A DNA stretch of 64,000 nt from Ptychomitrium polyphyllum (Eukaryota): positions 11,160,001-11,224,000 of the forward strand of contig OZ316775.1 in the NCBI GenBank assembly GCA_973851085.1, given 5' to 3'. The notes below the pieces were generated by a model, which was not told the origin of the DNA, searched no databases, and saw only the letters and a list, made by a program, of their open reading frames with translations. Below are positions 36,301 through 49,776 of the stretch, one piece after another; within the stretch, counting starts at the first letter, position 1, and every line of letters starts with the position of its first letter. Made by a program: the position numbers and the translations under genes.

Positions 36301-37665
36301 ACCATAGCTGGTTAACCTGCTTGACAGCTTGAAGCCGCACTTTGATAGGCAGGTCAAAGAAATTGGCAGGCAGCTTGGGCTGAGCAGAAGAAACGCTTGA
36401 GACCATATTTTCTCCAATGCACTGGCATTGATCTATCTTCACATACGTGGAAGTAGTACCTGAGTCTGATTCCTGCAAGTTCAATTTCAAGGAATTCGTG
36501 ATACAAAGCCAAAACTGATCAATTGCCAGCTTGTCGACTAAAATGAAACTACATGCACAATAGCACATGCATAAGATTCCCAAAATCGACAAACGTGGAC
36601 TCTGGAAAGCGTTATAACAGAACTCCTAATCTGAAGAACAAGAATTTTTCTTAGTTAAGCTCAAGACATGATTTGGACACGATAATTTGGATACCTCAGT
36701 AGTGTGGTGTGACTTTTCAAAGATTTGTGATTTCTGAGACTTGCAAATGGCAGCAAGGCGAGTGCTTGTGTTTGCGTCCAATTTTCCAACGAAACCTACA
36801 GGCGACTTTCCACCATTTCTATTTGACCACACATCTGGCGGAGTAATATAACCTACCCGAGGAGTTGCCTCCCCAGGGATAGAGCAGGTTGATAAGCTCC
36901 TGCCTCGGCTGCCAACATCTCTATTAGTAGACCTTAAGTACAGTGCAGCATGGCTGGCATCTGAGTTGGGGGATGAGCATGCGTCCCGCGGTATGGAGCA
37001 ATTTGATAGAGTCTCGTCTCGACTATCCCGAAAATCTAATGTGTTTGGCCCACTTATTGCGTTGGTTAAACTATCGTCCGACTTGGAGGATGAACATGCC
37101 ATGAGTGGCACGGAGCCAATTGATAGAGATTGGTCTCCCCCTCGTAAACATAGTGGACTAGGATCTCTCAAAGAGTTGGCGAAGTACTGGGAAAAGATGT
37201 CGTCTGACTTCAAGGATGAACATGCATCCCGTGCCATAGAGCAATCTGATGGAGACGCGTCTCGGCTATCTTGGAAACCCGTTGAATTAGGTTCTCCCAA
37301 AATTCTAGCCAAGTACTCGGCAAAACTGTCATCTGACCTAAGAGATGTACAGGAAACAAAGCTTTTCATAACCTGCACAGCTCTTTGGCTAGCTCTTCCA
37401 AACCAACCGAAGAAGTTGAATGCCTGCGATTGTGTACGTGGCGAAACGTCCTCGGACATATCATCTGTTCACAAAGAACCACGAAGCTGAGATAAATTGC
37501 TATCACACTCCTAAGCATGAATATGTACGTAAGAAATTGAAGTTTTCTGATGAATGGACGAGGATTTGAGCTATTGTAAAAAAATGAAAATAAAATAAAA
37601 AGACAACAACGGATGTCTTAACTTGGAATGCAAAGAATATCCAAATTTCTGCGTTCCTGTCTCAT
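33374..37665 (-). CDS. VASH: Vasohibin-like tubulin tyrosine carboxypeptidase; 11 exons: 37665-37623, 37464-36695, 36472-36317, 36151-36056, 35747-35685, 35550-35491, 35343-35240, 34925-34844, 34634-34554, 34312-34260, 33956-33374
   Basis: Spliced core RLQAVKQFLNDFEY..FQVKKLRPLSGLMATAKLIIYQPEPIKCVEAVFIALYLTAGLQSVERIPLGFKTQFANQVFQHVVLLVQHKGKYGAFGISRSPDLMNK..IIEDFKTAYEESDHTILNLQIG is colinear with animal VASH (KKSRPLTGLM..PIKCLEAV..ERFPISFKT..FRHIVL..RYGALGMSRREDLMYK). Splice phases match. The first exon is less certain. Confidence 0.88.
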
Positions 37666-40600
37666 CTTCTTCTGCAGCAAAACACATTGCGCCTCTCCAC
37701 AGGTAGGCAGTTGTCCTTCTCGATACAAAAATCTCAAACCATTCCCAACACTAAAGAAATTTGTTCAATACCTGCGGTGTAGTGATCACTGACGAACTAG
37801 CTGCAAACATTTCTTTGTTTCATCACCAAACCTTTATTCACGAATTCAAAACTTCGTAAGCATCAAAAGCCTTCCAAATCACACACCTCCAGAACTCATC
37901 ATCCCTGATACAGAGTGAGGTTTTCGTTAAGTTTAAAGATTATCAGACTAATTGTGTCATCTCTCACGCACCTTCTAAACCTAGGGCTTCACACGGAAGT
38001 GAAAAGAACACGATGAGATGCTAATAGATGCGTTTGCGGCTCACCAACTACCGAACGGTTGTTTTGAGCAATATACGCAGACTTCAAGAAGGAGAAACCA
38101 AAAGGATATGGCATTCCAAAAGAGCAATGGATAATCATCATTTGCATTTCTAGGGTTTAGAACAGCCTTGTTGTGTCTCTATTAGACCTGAATCACCATA
38201 ATTTACAAGTGCTATCCGCTGGCCCTAGAGTCCTTCGAAAGACGGGAAATATTGCAAGTTGAGAGACCGGGAGTAAACCTAGCACATACTGCATCAAATC
38301 AAATAAGCAGGAGAGGAAGTTCTGCACGCATTACCTAGGTGTTGTGATAATCTTCAATCTAGTTCTCCTCGTAACCCTGGCCACTCTCCAGGAATTCTGT
38401 CATCTTTCATCCGCAAGCCTCATTTCCTGATATCGTCGCTCAGGAGCATGTATCAGGTAGGTTCAACATGATTCCGCATCAAGAAAGAAGCTCTTCAAGA
38501 TATCCATGGAAGCAGATGGAAATGCCGCCGGCGACCTTGAGAATTAAAGAACGGACCAACTGGACGGTGTGATGTTATCCAAGGAACCATAACAATGACC
38601 TTGAGGAAAACGGGACATCAACCGACAGTCTACACTTCAACTGATTTCTATCACGTAAGCTAGGATACTACCAGTTGCCATGGCGCATACCGAGGGACAA
38701 CGGGTAACTAAGCGACACCGTACCTCTTCGCCTCCTCTAGATATCTGTTCCAGCACAATTCGATTTCAACATCGCAGCCGCATGCGTGACAAATTCAAAA
38801 TCGAGAGAGGAAGGATGTTGATTATGGACTGAACCATCAAAACCTTCTCTAGACTGATTTGGTGTACCTCATCGTCTTCTTGCGATTGGTTTGTAAAATC
38901 CAGTGAAGCTTCATCACAACATGACACAGGAAAATCAATTAATTTCATAAGCTTAGAAAGCATGCTCCGTTCAAAGAGCTACACCAAAGCAGTCTAGAGA
39001 GGGTTTCGATGTCGCAACAACAAAGAAATCTCTTCTGTGTCTAAGAGTACAAATTCAGCTACAATATCCGATGTCAAACTCCGGATCACGCTTGCGCAAC
39101 TGTGCATTGCCCGCCATTGCACTTCTTGCCATGATCTCGCTTCTCTTTCAAGTTACCAGTGATTCACAAAACTTCGTCACTTCATCTTCGGTGCTCACCT
39201 TCGTTACAAAATCCTGAGCCCTAACTTCTCTGCTGCTCCATCCGTTGAAAAATCTTACCTCCGATTCTTTCACTTACCATAATTTCAACATAGCCTCAAC
39301 AGGACTGTAAGCCATACCATATCATTCACAAAAATGGTCACACGTTGCTGATTCAGCAACCGAAATGCTCACGGCAACCTGACATGCTCAGTCCAGCTAT
39401 CATGGCTGAATCAGCAGAGCCAATTAAGACATCAGAATCTCAGTCACGCTGTTGTTGTGGCAATGCATCTGAAGTTCACAGTTGATTAGCACAAGGAACA
39501 AAATTCCTGGATAGCAACTCTCATCCCATGCATCGAAGGTTGGAAAATCACGGCAGTACCTTCTGACACTTACATGCATTATGAGCTTGATTGTAAAATA
39601 GAAACATTGAATGAATCATTCACGCTCCATTCATGACTGCGAGACAATCGAAAGACAGTAGAGGTGACAAAAGGTTGGCTTCTTGTAAAATCTCTGCAAC
39701 GATGACGCGACAACCAGCCCCTCCAGTAGAATACCACATTAAATCCTCACCAATCAGAGGCTCGGATGGAAGGGTCAACCTTAAGCACTACCCAAGTATC
39801 ACGTATATATCACACAAATATAAACATAGTATCACAAAATTATACACCGTTATCACCCAAGTATCATCTAGTTCAGTATGGAATCTGTTTAATATTACAT
39901 GCTTATTCTTGGACTGTCACCTGTTTCTATAGGGTGAAGAATCTTAGGTATAAGGTGAATCTGGAATGGAAGAGCACAAGAAGCCTCGACGGCTTGCAAA
40001 GCAGTGATCTGCATTTCTCCAGATACCCACCAGAGTAGAGGTCGGGTATAAATACAGTATCGCCTCAGTATCATGCGAGTATTATCTAGGTATCACAGAT
40101 CCGGGCGTAGCGTCATTGAATATTCTAGGATGTTCGATCGAAGCTTGGGTGGTTTCAAGGTATCAAATGGACGACGGATGAAAATGCGGAACTAATTGCC
40201 GTGCGCACAATCTACAGTCAACACATGACATTCTTGACAGGCTATGGTGAGCCGGTGATGTGACCTCAAAGCTGAAGGCAAGGTCCAGTCACTTGAACTT
40301 TCGATGGAGAGGATAGTTTCAAAGTAAAGTGGGCTGTATCACAACAAATGATCAGCGTAAAAGCCAAATAAAATATTTAGGGAGAACATGGCGGGGGAGT
40401 CACGCAAGGCACAGTACGTTGCTACTTCGACGCATGCAGAGACGAGAGCACCGGGGTGAACTGGGAGAGCGTGAACTGAAAAGCTTTTCACTTTGAGAAT
40501 AGTTACACCCGGAAGTTTCTGGACAACGGAAGTCTAGTGTTTGAAGCAAGTTTGGGCCTCAACTTCATGTGCACTCCTGATTGAGGTGGAAACTAAGTTT

Positions 40601-41607
40601 AGCGTCGATCGCCGACTAATTACTAATTACTAATCACAACAGCTTGTAGTCTACGGCTGGGTTTCCTACAGACAATCCATGGTCATGCAGCCTTGTCCAG
40701 CCGGCGCCGTCCTTGCAGCTTCACAATCTCCACCCCGTTCACAAACATCAAATGCTCACCTTGGCATACGGAGTCACTGCACTCACAGAATTAGCCTGAT
40801 GTACACTGATGCAGTTAAAGGTCACAGTTGCAGCGACGTTTCTCTCATGTGTATGTGGTGTAATGCTCTACAGCTGCGTTGCCGCATTAGTGTACAAGTT
40901 ATAAGTTACAAGGACGATGATGTGGATAGGGAATCAGTTTCCACTGGAGTTGGTGAACACGTAGATGATTGGTTTCAATTAGCAGCAATCGGTGTCGGAT
41001 TGGTACGTTTGGCAGCTTTTTGGGTCCGGGGACGTTGACAGGGGAGATTATTGAGTGGTGGTCGAAGATGGGGATCTTCGTCGATACGTGACTTCGTTAG
41101 CGGTTTGATTATGCTTGCTTGGTAAAGCAATGGTGCTAGTAAGCAGTAGCGAGTTAGAATTGTCGCAGGTTGACAGATCCGGGACGGAGATGCTTCAGCG
41201 GGGGCTTGAGTGGAGGTGTCGATGAGTGGAGGTGGAAGTCGACGGGTGTTGTTGACGTTTTTGTTTCGCGGGTGTGGCTTGTAAGTTCATAATATGTCCA
41301 TGCACATGCCCATGTACGAGCTCTTTTGTGGCGCGTCGTCTTAGTAGAGCCTCTGAAGCAATCAAAAACCTCAGACATCTGCAACTGTAGGCTTTTTCAG
41401 GTCTGTTGAACGCAGCTTTTGGAATTTGGAGCTTTGTAAGCTCGTTTGCAAGTCAACTTTGCATTTTGCGTCAGTATGAAAAACAGAGCGTCTGCACATC
41501 GGCTTTGAAAATTATCTCTCGTAACCTCGATCGTTGTATTTATTGACGTGAGAATGTGCAGCTGTTTGAGGGGAATTTGTTTCTTTTGTTGGTCGTCATC
41601 GTCGGCA

Positions 41608-44448
41608 ATGAAAACCGGGGATATGAATATAAACCCAATGGTGCGAATGACCCTTGCTATGCCTAGAACTGTGCGGCAATCGTTTGTGGGAAGTGCGAAA
41701 TATGTGCTTTTAGAGACGATTCTGAATATTCTGCTCGTATGTGTTTCCTCGGCGCTTCTGAGTAAATACTTCCAAATCGGAAATGTGAGTCACCTCCATC
41801 AATCCTCTTTTTCTTTCCGACTTAAGTGGCTGCAAATTACATTGTTCCTGCTTCTTTGTTCCTGATGTTTCTCATGCTTTCTGTTCCTAGTTTCAGTTTC
41901 AGAGGAACATTTCTAATAAGACACTCGCAATCAATGTGCTTCGCTTTCTTGAACCTCACAAAAATTTGCTGGAATGTTCGGCTACATTCGTGGGCATTCG
42001 TCCTCAGTTTGGTAGGAATTGTCGCTTTAGCAGAACGGCTCGGGTTCATAACAGAGTGAGCTTCTTCAATATCCTTGTTCTACATCTCCTTCTTTGTGAC
42101 AGTTTGCAACGCCATGGCCTTCTGAACATTCTAGTCAAACACCTCGAATCTATGCAAAACAGATATTCGTTAACGAGGCAGACCTTTCAAATGCAACTTT
42201 TGTATGAATTTTTGCTAACAACAATTTCGTTTACATCAGACAATTGGCATATTTCACAGGTCCTACAGGTACTTCGAATCTCTTCCTGTTCACACAATTA
42301 TTTGAATAGCTTCACAAACCTAGTCCTTCCCTAAAGCCTAATCTCGTTGTAAGCTTTCTTAAGTCAATGTACAGCATTTCATGTGATCCTATTCGAATTC
42401 GGGAGTACTGCCAACATTTCTTTTTTTCGCAGTGGGTGGCCTTTTGAATGCAACATTCGGCAATGCAACTGAAATGATCATATGCGTGTTTGCACTACGA
42501 AACAATATGGTGCGAGTAGTGCAGCTGTCGATTATGGGATCCATTTTGTCCAATATGCTCTTAGTGTTGGGTTGTGCCTTCCTGTTTGGAGGGTTGCGAC
42601 TTCCAACAAAGAACAAAAATTTAATAAGGTGAGCATCCACGAGATGAACTACTTCCGAAACTACTCAGTTTCAAGATGCTTCACCAGAACAAGCATCTCA
42701 CTGCCTGCATCATCCTCTGATAATCTCTGACAACGATTTTCCAACAGGTGGTCCAGGAGGCAGCTCATTTTAATTCGAGCTTCCTGTTGATGGCTGTCAT
42801 GTGCGTACTCTTCCTTGCAGCTCTTCACGCAACGCGGACGGAGCTACATTTAGGGGAGTCTGAGCTAATACTGTCGAGAATCACCAGCTGCGTCATGCTC
42901 GTGGCGTACGCGGGATACATTTATTTCCAGCTCAATACTTCTCTCCTTCTTCGCGAAGAGGTGATCGATCACAACGGATTCACTTGAATCTTTGCTCTTC
43001 TATAAACGACGATCCTCATGAGTGTTGTTATGATTAACTTAGCTTTAGCTCATGATGATTATCCTATAATGATTTTGCTATTGATGTGTATGATCCTCTA
43101 CTTCAACGCCTTAGCCCTAAACTTAGGTAATGCACAATAAAGTGTTGACTGAAATGTATTTGGGGTTTCAGAAACCATCATTGTACTAAACCAAAGTTCC
43201 GTCACTGATTGCAGGACGTTGAAGCTGCTGAGAGTACAGAGTCTGAGGAGTCTCAAGTCGGTGCAAGGAGTGCCATTTTCTGGTTGGCAGTGCTTACAAT
43301 CTTCATATCGATACTCTCCGAGTATATCGTAGATGCTATAGAGGTACGTTCGTCAACTGACATTCTGCAGCAGCATATTAAATTTCCATGCAGAGTGAGG
43401 TGTGAAGTTCGACTCGGTAGAACGAGTTCTCTGAAATTAGGTCTTTTGAAGCAACATACTTGAGATGCAAATTGCTTTTTTGTTGTTACACAGTGTAAGA
43501 TGCACATATCCCAGCTACTTCCTGTTGACAGGGTGCTTCTGAGGCGTGGCACATCCCTGTTGCGTTCATAAGCGTCATCATTTTGCCAATTGTGGGGAAT
43601 GCAGCGGAGCATATGAGTGCTATCATTGTCGCAGTCAGAGATAATATGGTTCGTTGTGACTTCTTCAGTGATTGCTTTTGTGGTGCAACATGGTGAGAAA
43701 CGTTCATTTTCCAAGACTTGTCCATGTCTGCTGAACGAAATTGAAACCTTCCTCACTTTGATGACAGGACCTCTCCCTGGCTGTGGCGATCGGTTCCTCC
43801 ACCCAGATATCTATGCTTGTGGTGAGACCATTTTCTATCCTGCCACAAAGTTCGATTCAGATAGAAAGAATTGCTCTTCTTCAACCGCAAGCCATTCACT
43901 TTGAAAATATTCAGGGGATGACTGTTTGGATTTTGGATCCTCCTATCTCCACTTTGGTCTTCATGTTAATTTGAAACATACTTGGCGCTTGATGCAGATC
44001 CCCGTCTGTGTTATCCTCGCATGGCCCATGGGAGTGACCATGGATCTTAACTTCGAGTTGTTTGAAACAGGAGTACTCTTCATCTCTGTACTTGTGATGG
44101 CATTCATGCTTCTGGTATTCCTCACACCCTACCAATGTTTGGCAAACTCTGCATCTGATATTCTCCATTAGATAATCATCAGCACTGGCTTCTATAGAAT
44201 GCTGCTCAGTGTGCCTCGACAAAATAATCTTTTCATCTATGTCAGTGGTGTCGTAATCGTACAATCCTATTTAGCTTTCAGCAACTATACTCTTTCACCA
44301 TTTTTATGTAGTGACAATCCTCTGTGGTGTTTGGCAGGAAGGAACTGCAAATTATTTCAAAGGTGTCATGCTGGTGTTATGCTACTTTGTTGTAGGAGCC
44401 AGCTTCTTTGGACATGTAGATCCCCCAGTTCAAGTTGACATCTTATGA
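41608..44448 (+). pseudogene. CAX: Vacuolar cation/H+ exchanger (CAX) gene with inactivating lesions
   Basis: Motifs [86 protein letters not shown]. The exon-2 acceptor reads CAT instead of CAG (41985-41987) and there is a 1-nt frameshift at ~42605-42612. Confidence 0.8.
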
Positions 44449-44989
44449 GACGTGGCATAGTTTGCACAAACTGATTAATTAATAAGTTCTCTTTTTTCTT
44501 CTAATAAATTATTCCTATTTAAATAGAAAAATGCTACACATATTTCAAAGACTTTGAATTTAATTCACTCTAAATTTTTAAAACGTTACAAAATAAAATG
44601 ATTATAATTTAACAGCTTTTCTATGGAAAGTGTTGAACTGAGCCAAAACCATTAAATACTGACAAGTTCTTTGAATGCACTTGTCAGTACTTAGTCAATG
44701 AAAATGCTAAGTCATGCCTACAAAAGAGTCTCAAATAGTGAACTCTTCACTTGATAAATTGGAAGTTGATTTCATTGAATAAAGAAAACGTAACCACATA
44801 ACCTTGTGTAAATTAACGTGTAGATTCATGGAGTAGAATTTTGTTTCAGTAAAATCTTGTAGAATGTGAAAAACTGAGGTTTGACCAGAGTTGATCTATG
44901 CGGGCAGCTCCTCGTCGTAAACTTCAGGCTGCAATAAAGCATATTTGTGTTCCTCAAGGAATATTGACGCTTTGACCAAGAGCCATTAA

Positions 44990-45950
44990 AGGAGTCTGAA
45001 AACTTTCTTAATTCCTCACAAAACATCAGATTCAGCTTTGGGAGACTCGGAAGATGGCCAAAAGTTTAGCAAAGATCTTGTAATTGCTTGCAATCACTGG
45101 AATCAACTTCGGTCAACTCGCGAAGCTCACCAAAATTTTCCGGAAGGTCTTCCAATGCTGTGCTCCCCATGTGTAATATGCTCAGCTCCTTGAGCCCAGA
45201 CATAGAAGGTAACCTTTCAAGCATCTTCTACCAATCCAAGTCCAAAAACATTAAGTTCCACAAGTCTGAAAATACATCTGCCAACTACGTCAAAAATTTT
45301 ACAACTACTCAACGTGAGCTTCTCAAGGTTTCCAAGGCAGCCAAAATATTTAGTGAGTTTGCAACCTGTTGCAGTAGCGTGGACGAATTTCTCTCAAGCT
45401 TTAAAGTTGGCTGAAGTACTATGACAGTAGTTCCAGCGTTATCCCCTCCATGCTTAGTTTACTTAGCTTCTTGAGGCCAGAGACGGACGGAGGTAACTTT
45501 TCAAGCAGCGCACACCCAGCCAGATGCAATTTCTCTACGACGGACAAATTTGAAAAAAACTGGCAAGTTGGTCAAGCTATAACAACTGTCCAAAGTCTGC
45601 TTCTGGAGACTTCTGAGGCTGCCAAAATTTCACAGAAGACTTTCCAACTGGGTAGGATGTCCAAAACCAACTCTTGCCAAGCTCTGAAGTAGTCCAAAAC
45701 CCTCCTGTCGTATTTCCAATGCTGTATATCGCGGTATCAAAGTTTCAGTTTCTTGAGGTGAACGAGAGGAGGCAGTTATTCAAGCTTGAAAGATAAGCTT
45801 GAAAATGACTCTGGCAGCTCGGTCAAGCTCTCACATCCAGCTTGGTAAGTTTGAAAACGAATCGGGTAACTTGGTCAAGCTTTCACACCCATCCAAATTG
45901 AGCTGAAGGAGACTCCACAGACAGCCAAAACGTTCTCAAAGGTTTTGCAA
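44990..45950 (-). pseudogene. Degenerate leucine-rich-repeat (NLR-type LRR) fragment
   Basis: Repeating LxxLPxxFGxLxxLxxLxLxGC-like units (e.g. ERFGCLWSLLQLNLDGCESLTKLPDSFSNL) with multiple stops and frameshifts. Confidence 0.7.
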
Positions 45951-46749
45951 CTGCTTTCCCTGTTGTATGTGAAAAGCAAGCGTATTCATACATGTTACGT
46001 CATATGCGTGATATTTTTTACTCGTGTTTCACTATGAAAACCTGGGATGCGTTGCACCTTCTACAGTCCTCCTGAATCTTTGGTGCTTGTGCAGCAACTT
46101 CCTTGAACACGGATGGATCTTTAAAGCGCTCTTTGGCAGCATTTCATGAAGGAGCCTGTCACATGATAGTGAGGAAGAACCTCCTACATCTGAAATGTAA
46201 GTGCATTTCAGAGGCAAAATAATATTCCGCTTCACCATCATATCCGTCAACCTGAGAGAACTACAAGCATCCTAATAACCAGTTATAATTTGGGACAATT
46301 TTTTAGTGGACGTATCACATCTACTCGATATTTGCAGGTCAAGAAAAATGCAGAGCTCCGGCAAGGGCGTTAACAGGAGCCTGTCTCCTATTTCAGGCGT
46401 ATTTCCTACCTCGCAGAGCATCTGGCAAATCGGATAGGATCGAGTACATTGCAGGCGGTCACTTCCGACGTGGCATTCTGGCACAACCTCGTAAGTTTTA
46501 CATGATAGTCTCATTTTTATGCACAGTTTCAATTTTGCTATGTTAATTTTAATGTGCACGACGTCAGAGCTAAATTTGCAGTGTGATGATTCACGACTAT
46601 GAGAGATGTGACCCTTAAGATGGAGGTACCCAACTTGTGCACGCAGGTAGACCGCATCATTGAAACTTCCATTTACTTCACGTTCATATAGGTACAAAAC
46701 TGAGGATATCCTATATTCAAGTGCATTTCATTTAATAGTTCTTCACCTC

Positions 46750-48343
46750 CCATCAAGATCTGTTCCTATAACAAATGCCAAGTGGGATTCTATGAGAGAG
46801 GGAACTGAAAGGATCAACAAACCACTCCTCATATGTCCATGCCCTGCTGCAATGTCTCTTGCGAGAATCCAGACCAGGAGTGTTTTGGGTGTGTTGAACA
46901 TGGACCCATGATGCTCGGATATTGCACTTGCAATCATCACAGAAGAGAAAAGAAAGGGCAGGGAAGGGAGAAACTCTAACCCATCCTCCCCTCCAACTCA
47001 ACATCAAAGACGAAGTTCTCATTTGCCAGGCTCATTGCTTCACTCAACACGGCGTCCACATCCACAAACTTCTCCTCATCGCTAGCATTCTGCAACCAAA
47101 CCAGTCACCTGCGATTAGCAAACATGGACCAAAAGCAAAAATCCTCGAAAGAAAGGGACAAACATCCGAATCCCAGTCACAGACGTACTTCTGCAGATTC
47201 TTCTTTATTGTACGCAACAAGCTTTCGTGACGAGAAAACATGGAATAATGTGCAGAGTCACCTGCTTTCATCAGAAATCGACCACGTGGACATAAGGAAC
47301 ACATGATAAACAAATTCAAATCTTTCAAACAGGTATAGGTTTGCAAATGTACATATTCTTCTATTCTGTATGCAGTAATGCAAGCATGGCATGTAAAGAG
47401 AAAACATGCTAAAATGGGAAGAGTCATCTACTTGACAAGATTGTAGGACTTACGAGAAGCTCTGGAATTTCGTTCATGACATCTGCCACAACGTCCCTTG
47501 TGATACTTCCTTGCATCTGTAGTGTCCCCACAAAGACCACATCAGAACCACCGACGACTAGTTCTTTCAAATTTCTCACAGAATTGTAGACTGATTTGTG
47601 AGAGTTGGTGAAGGGTTTAGGGACTAGGGACAGGTGTTCCTGGTGCTTCTGACCTCTCCTGAGTCGTACTCTTTCTCAATTTCCTGCATCGTTGAGCGAG
47701 ACACCATGTTCTCGAACTCTGCACCCACACCTGCAACACCTGCTGGTGGTGCTTTCGATCCATGGCTGCTGCAACTTTTTTCGCCACTGCCGTTACCCTC
47801 GCTGCCTCCACAGCAGCTGCCACTCCCTTCGGCTGCACGGACAACCAGGCGAGCGTTGCGTCTTCGACAAAGACCTTGCACCTGATACCCCATACCTTTC
47901 AGATTCAGTAATATTCACTCAAGAATCATCAATGTTGAAAGAACGAAATGATTGAGAATATCATATGAACAGATCTTCCCAGGACAGCATATGACCTCGT
48001 TAAGAGTAGTTCAGACACTCAAAATCGTGGGCGACAATGTCTGTGAAAGCTTGATATCATTGAAAAATGATAATACTATGAAAATTGTGCGAGACTTGCA
48101 AATAAGTATTTGTCTACCCGGTTAGATTTAACATGGCCCTGCAGATGCAAAATGTGTGAAAACATACAAGTAAGGGGCTGAAAAGTGACATACATTTCTA
48201 GCTGCAGTGCGGGTGAAGCTCACTTTGGACGGCTTGTTCTTAACCTCCAGAGACGAAGATCCCTGAGGCACGTAATTTGACATCCGAAAACATGGTGCTT
48301 GGCAAGCAGCCATCGCCATTGCTTGTGTTTTGATTGCTTCCAC
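46750..48343 (-). CDS. Spliced protein of unknown function with a plastid transit-peptide-like N-terminus; 3' end uncertain
   Basis: MEAIKTQAMAMAACQAPCFR..RRRNARLVVRAAEGSG (Ser/Ala/Arg-rich, VVRA cleavage-like motif), then exon-like segments NLKELVVGGSDVVFVG.., FLMKAGDSAHY.. and NASDEEKFVDVDAVL.. bounded by plausible splice sites. Confidence 0.5.
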
Positions 48344-49776
48344 TCCTGTTCAAACCACGCCATTGCAAACCTCAGACTTGAATATCGAAAGCACAGATCT
48401 CGCCAAGAAACTTTAGAAATGATACAACTTTCAAGGCAGTGTCAGAAGAACCAACGCTCTATCCAGACGACATTCAGCATTAGTGCAAATTCCACAGGAA
48501 AGGTATTGTATAGCCGAGAGCACTTGATACAAAACATCTATAACATCAGAGGCAACCCTGGAATCCAAATGAAGGAATTTCTGGCCGCTTTCTGAGGTTC
48601 GAAGCTGGTTGAATCTTCAAGAAAAATCGAACACTTCTTTGGTAAGCTAGAATTATATCTGAACAGAGACACCACTACTAATCAACAGCATCACACCGAA
48701 AGTCAACCAGTATGTCCGTTTCAAGCTATCTCAGCTATGCGATGCGATGGACTCAAAAGTAGTGTGAGGTGCTGCAGTCCGCTGGTAACAGTAAAGACCA
48801 TATGTTGTTCACACTTAAGCACATTTCCAGAGGTACAATTGCAGTCAGGACCATGCTAAGTGCTCCGAGTTGAATATCACAGCCGGTGATAAAAACGTGA
48901 ACCAACCTCAAACCCTACAGACACAGCTCACACCAAAGCTTCCAATATACGAAAACGAACTCTGCAATTCTGAAACGCCAAACAGACACAATGTCCATCA
49001 CAAACGATCAGACCAGGAAAAGTCCTGTAAAGTATAGAACCGTGTCAGGTACTACAAAAGCACAAACCCTGCAATCCCTGGCATACTGAAGAGACGCAAT
49101 CATCGAGCAGATTGCGACGTCACATTCAAGTTTACAGAGGTCTGCGAGAGTTGCGGAAAGAAAACACAAGCAACACCCAGAACACAAAAAGTGGCTTGAA
49201 CGGAAGGAGAGTTCTGTAACCTGTTCCCTACGTCGCTGGGAAAGCTTGGAGCGATTGTTGTGAGAATCTGCTCAAAACTCTGCGACGAAAAGCGTGCCCA
49301 AGCTGCTCTTAGAGGCCTGAGTGAGGCGCAAAGCGAGACAGGAAAAGGATGAGGCTCGTATCCACTGCCGGCTGACGTGGGGCTATGGGTATGGTGGGTA
49401 CCGTGCTTATTTCTGATGTGGCATGGTGACATGGTGGTTGGGTCTCAGATCTTCGAGTTGTATATCTTCGCAACAACTCTCATGGAATGCTCTAACCGAA
49501 TGCATTCGCAACTTCTCATTCTTCTGGAGCTAAAACCCTTTTGAGTTCTGTGTGGAGCTAGATTTGGAGAGATTCTTTTGTTGAGATAGGGCGCCCTGGC
49601 CTACATTGTGGGTTAGAGGGGGAGAGCGAAGAAGAAAGACGTGCAAGGATGCTCGGAGTTTTTCTAGGATTGACGATCGAAAATTCCCAGGAGGGTTTTT
49701 CGTGTAGGCTGATCGAGTAAGAGAGATTCTCGGCTTCGTGCGATTGGTTTTAGGTAAAGAGGGATCACGGGAGGCG

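Noticed and set aside
36966..37490. 174-aa plus-strand ORF with repeats
   Set aside because: Antisense to the vasohibin exon, which splices in frame into the conserved domain.
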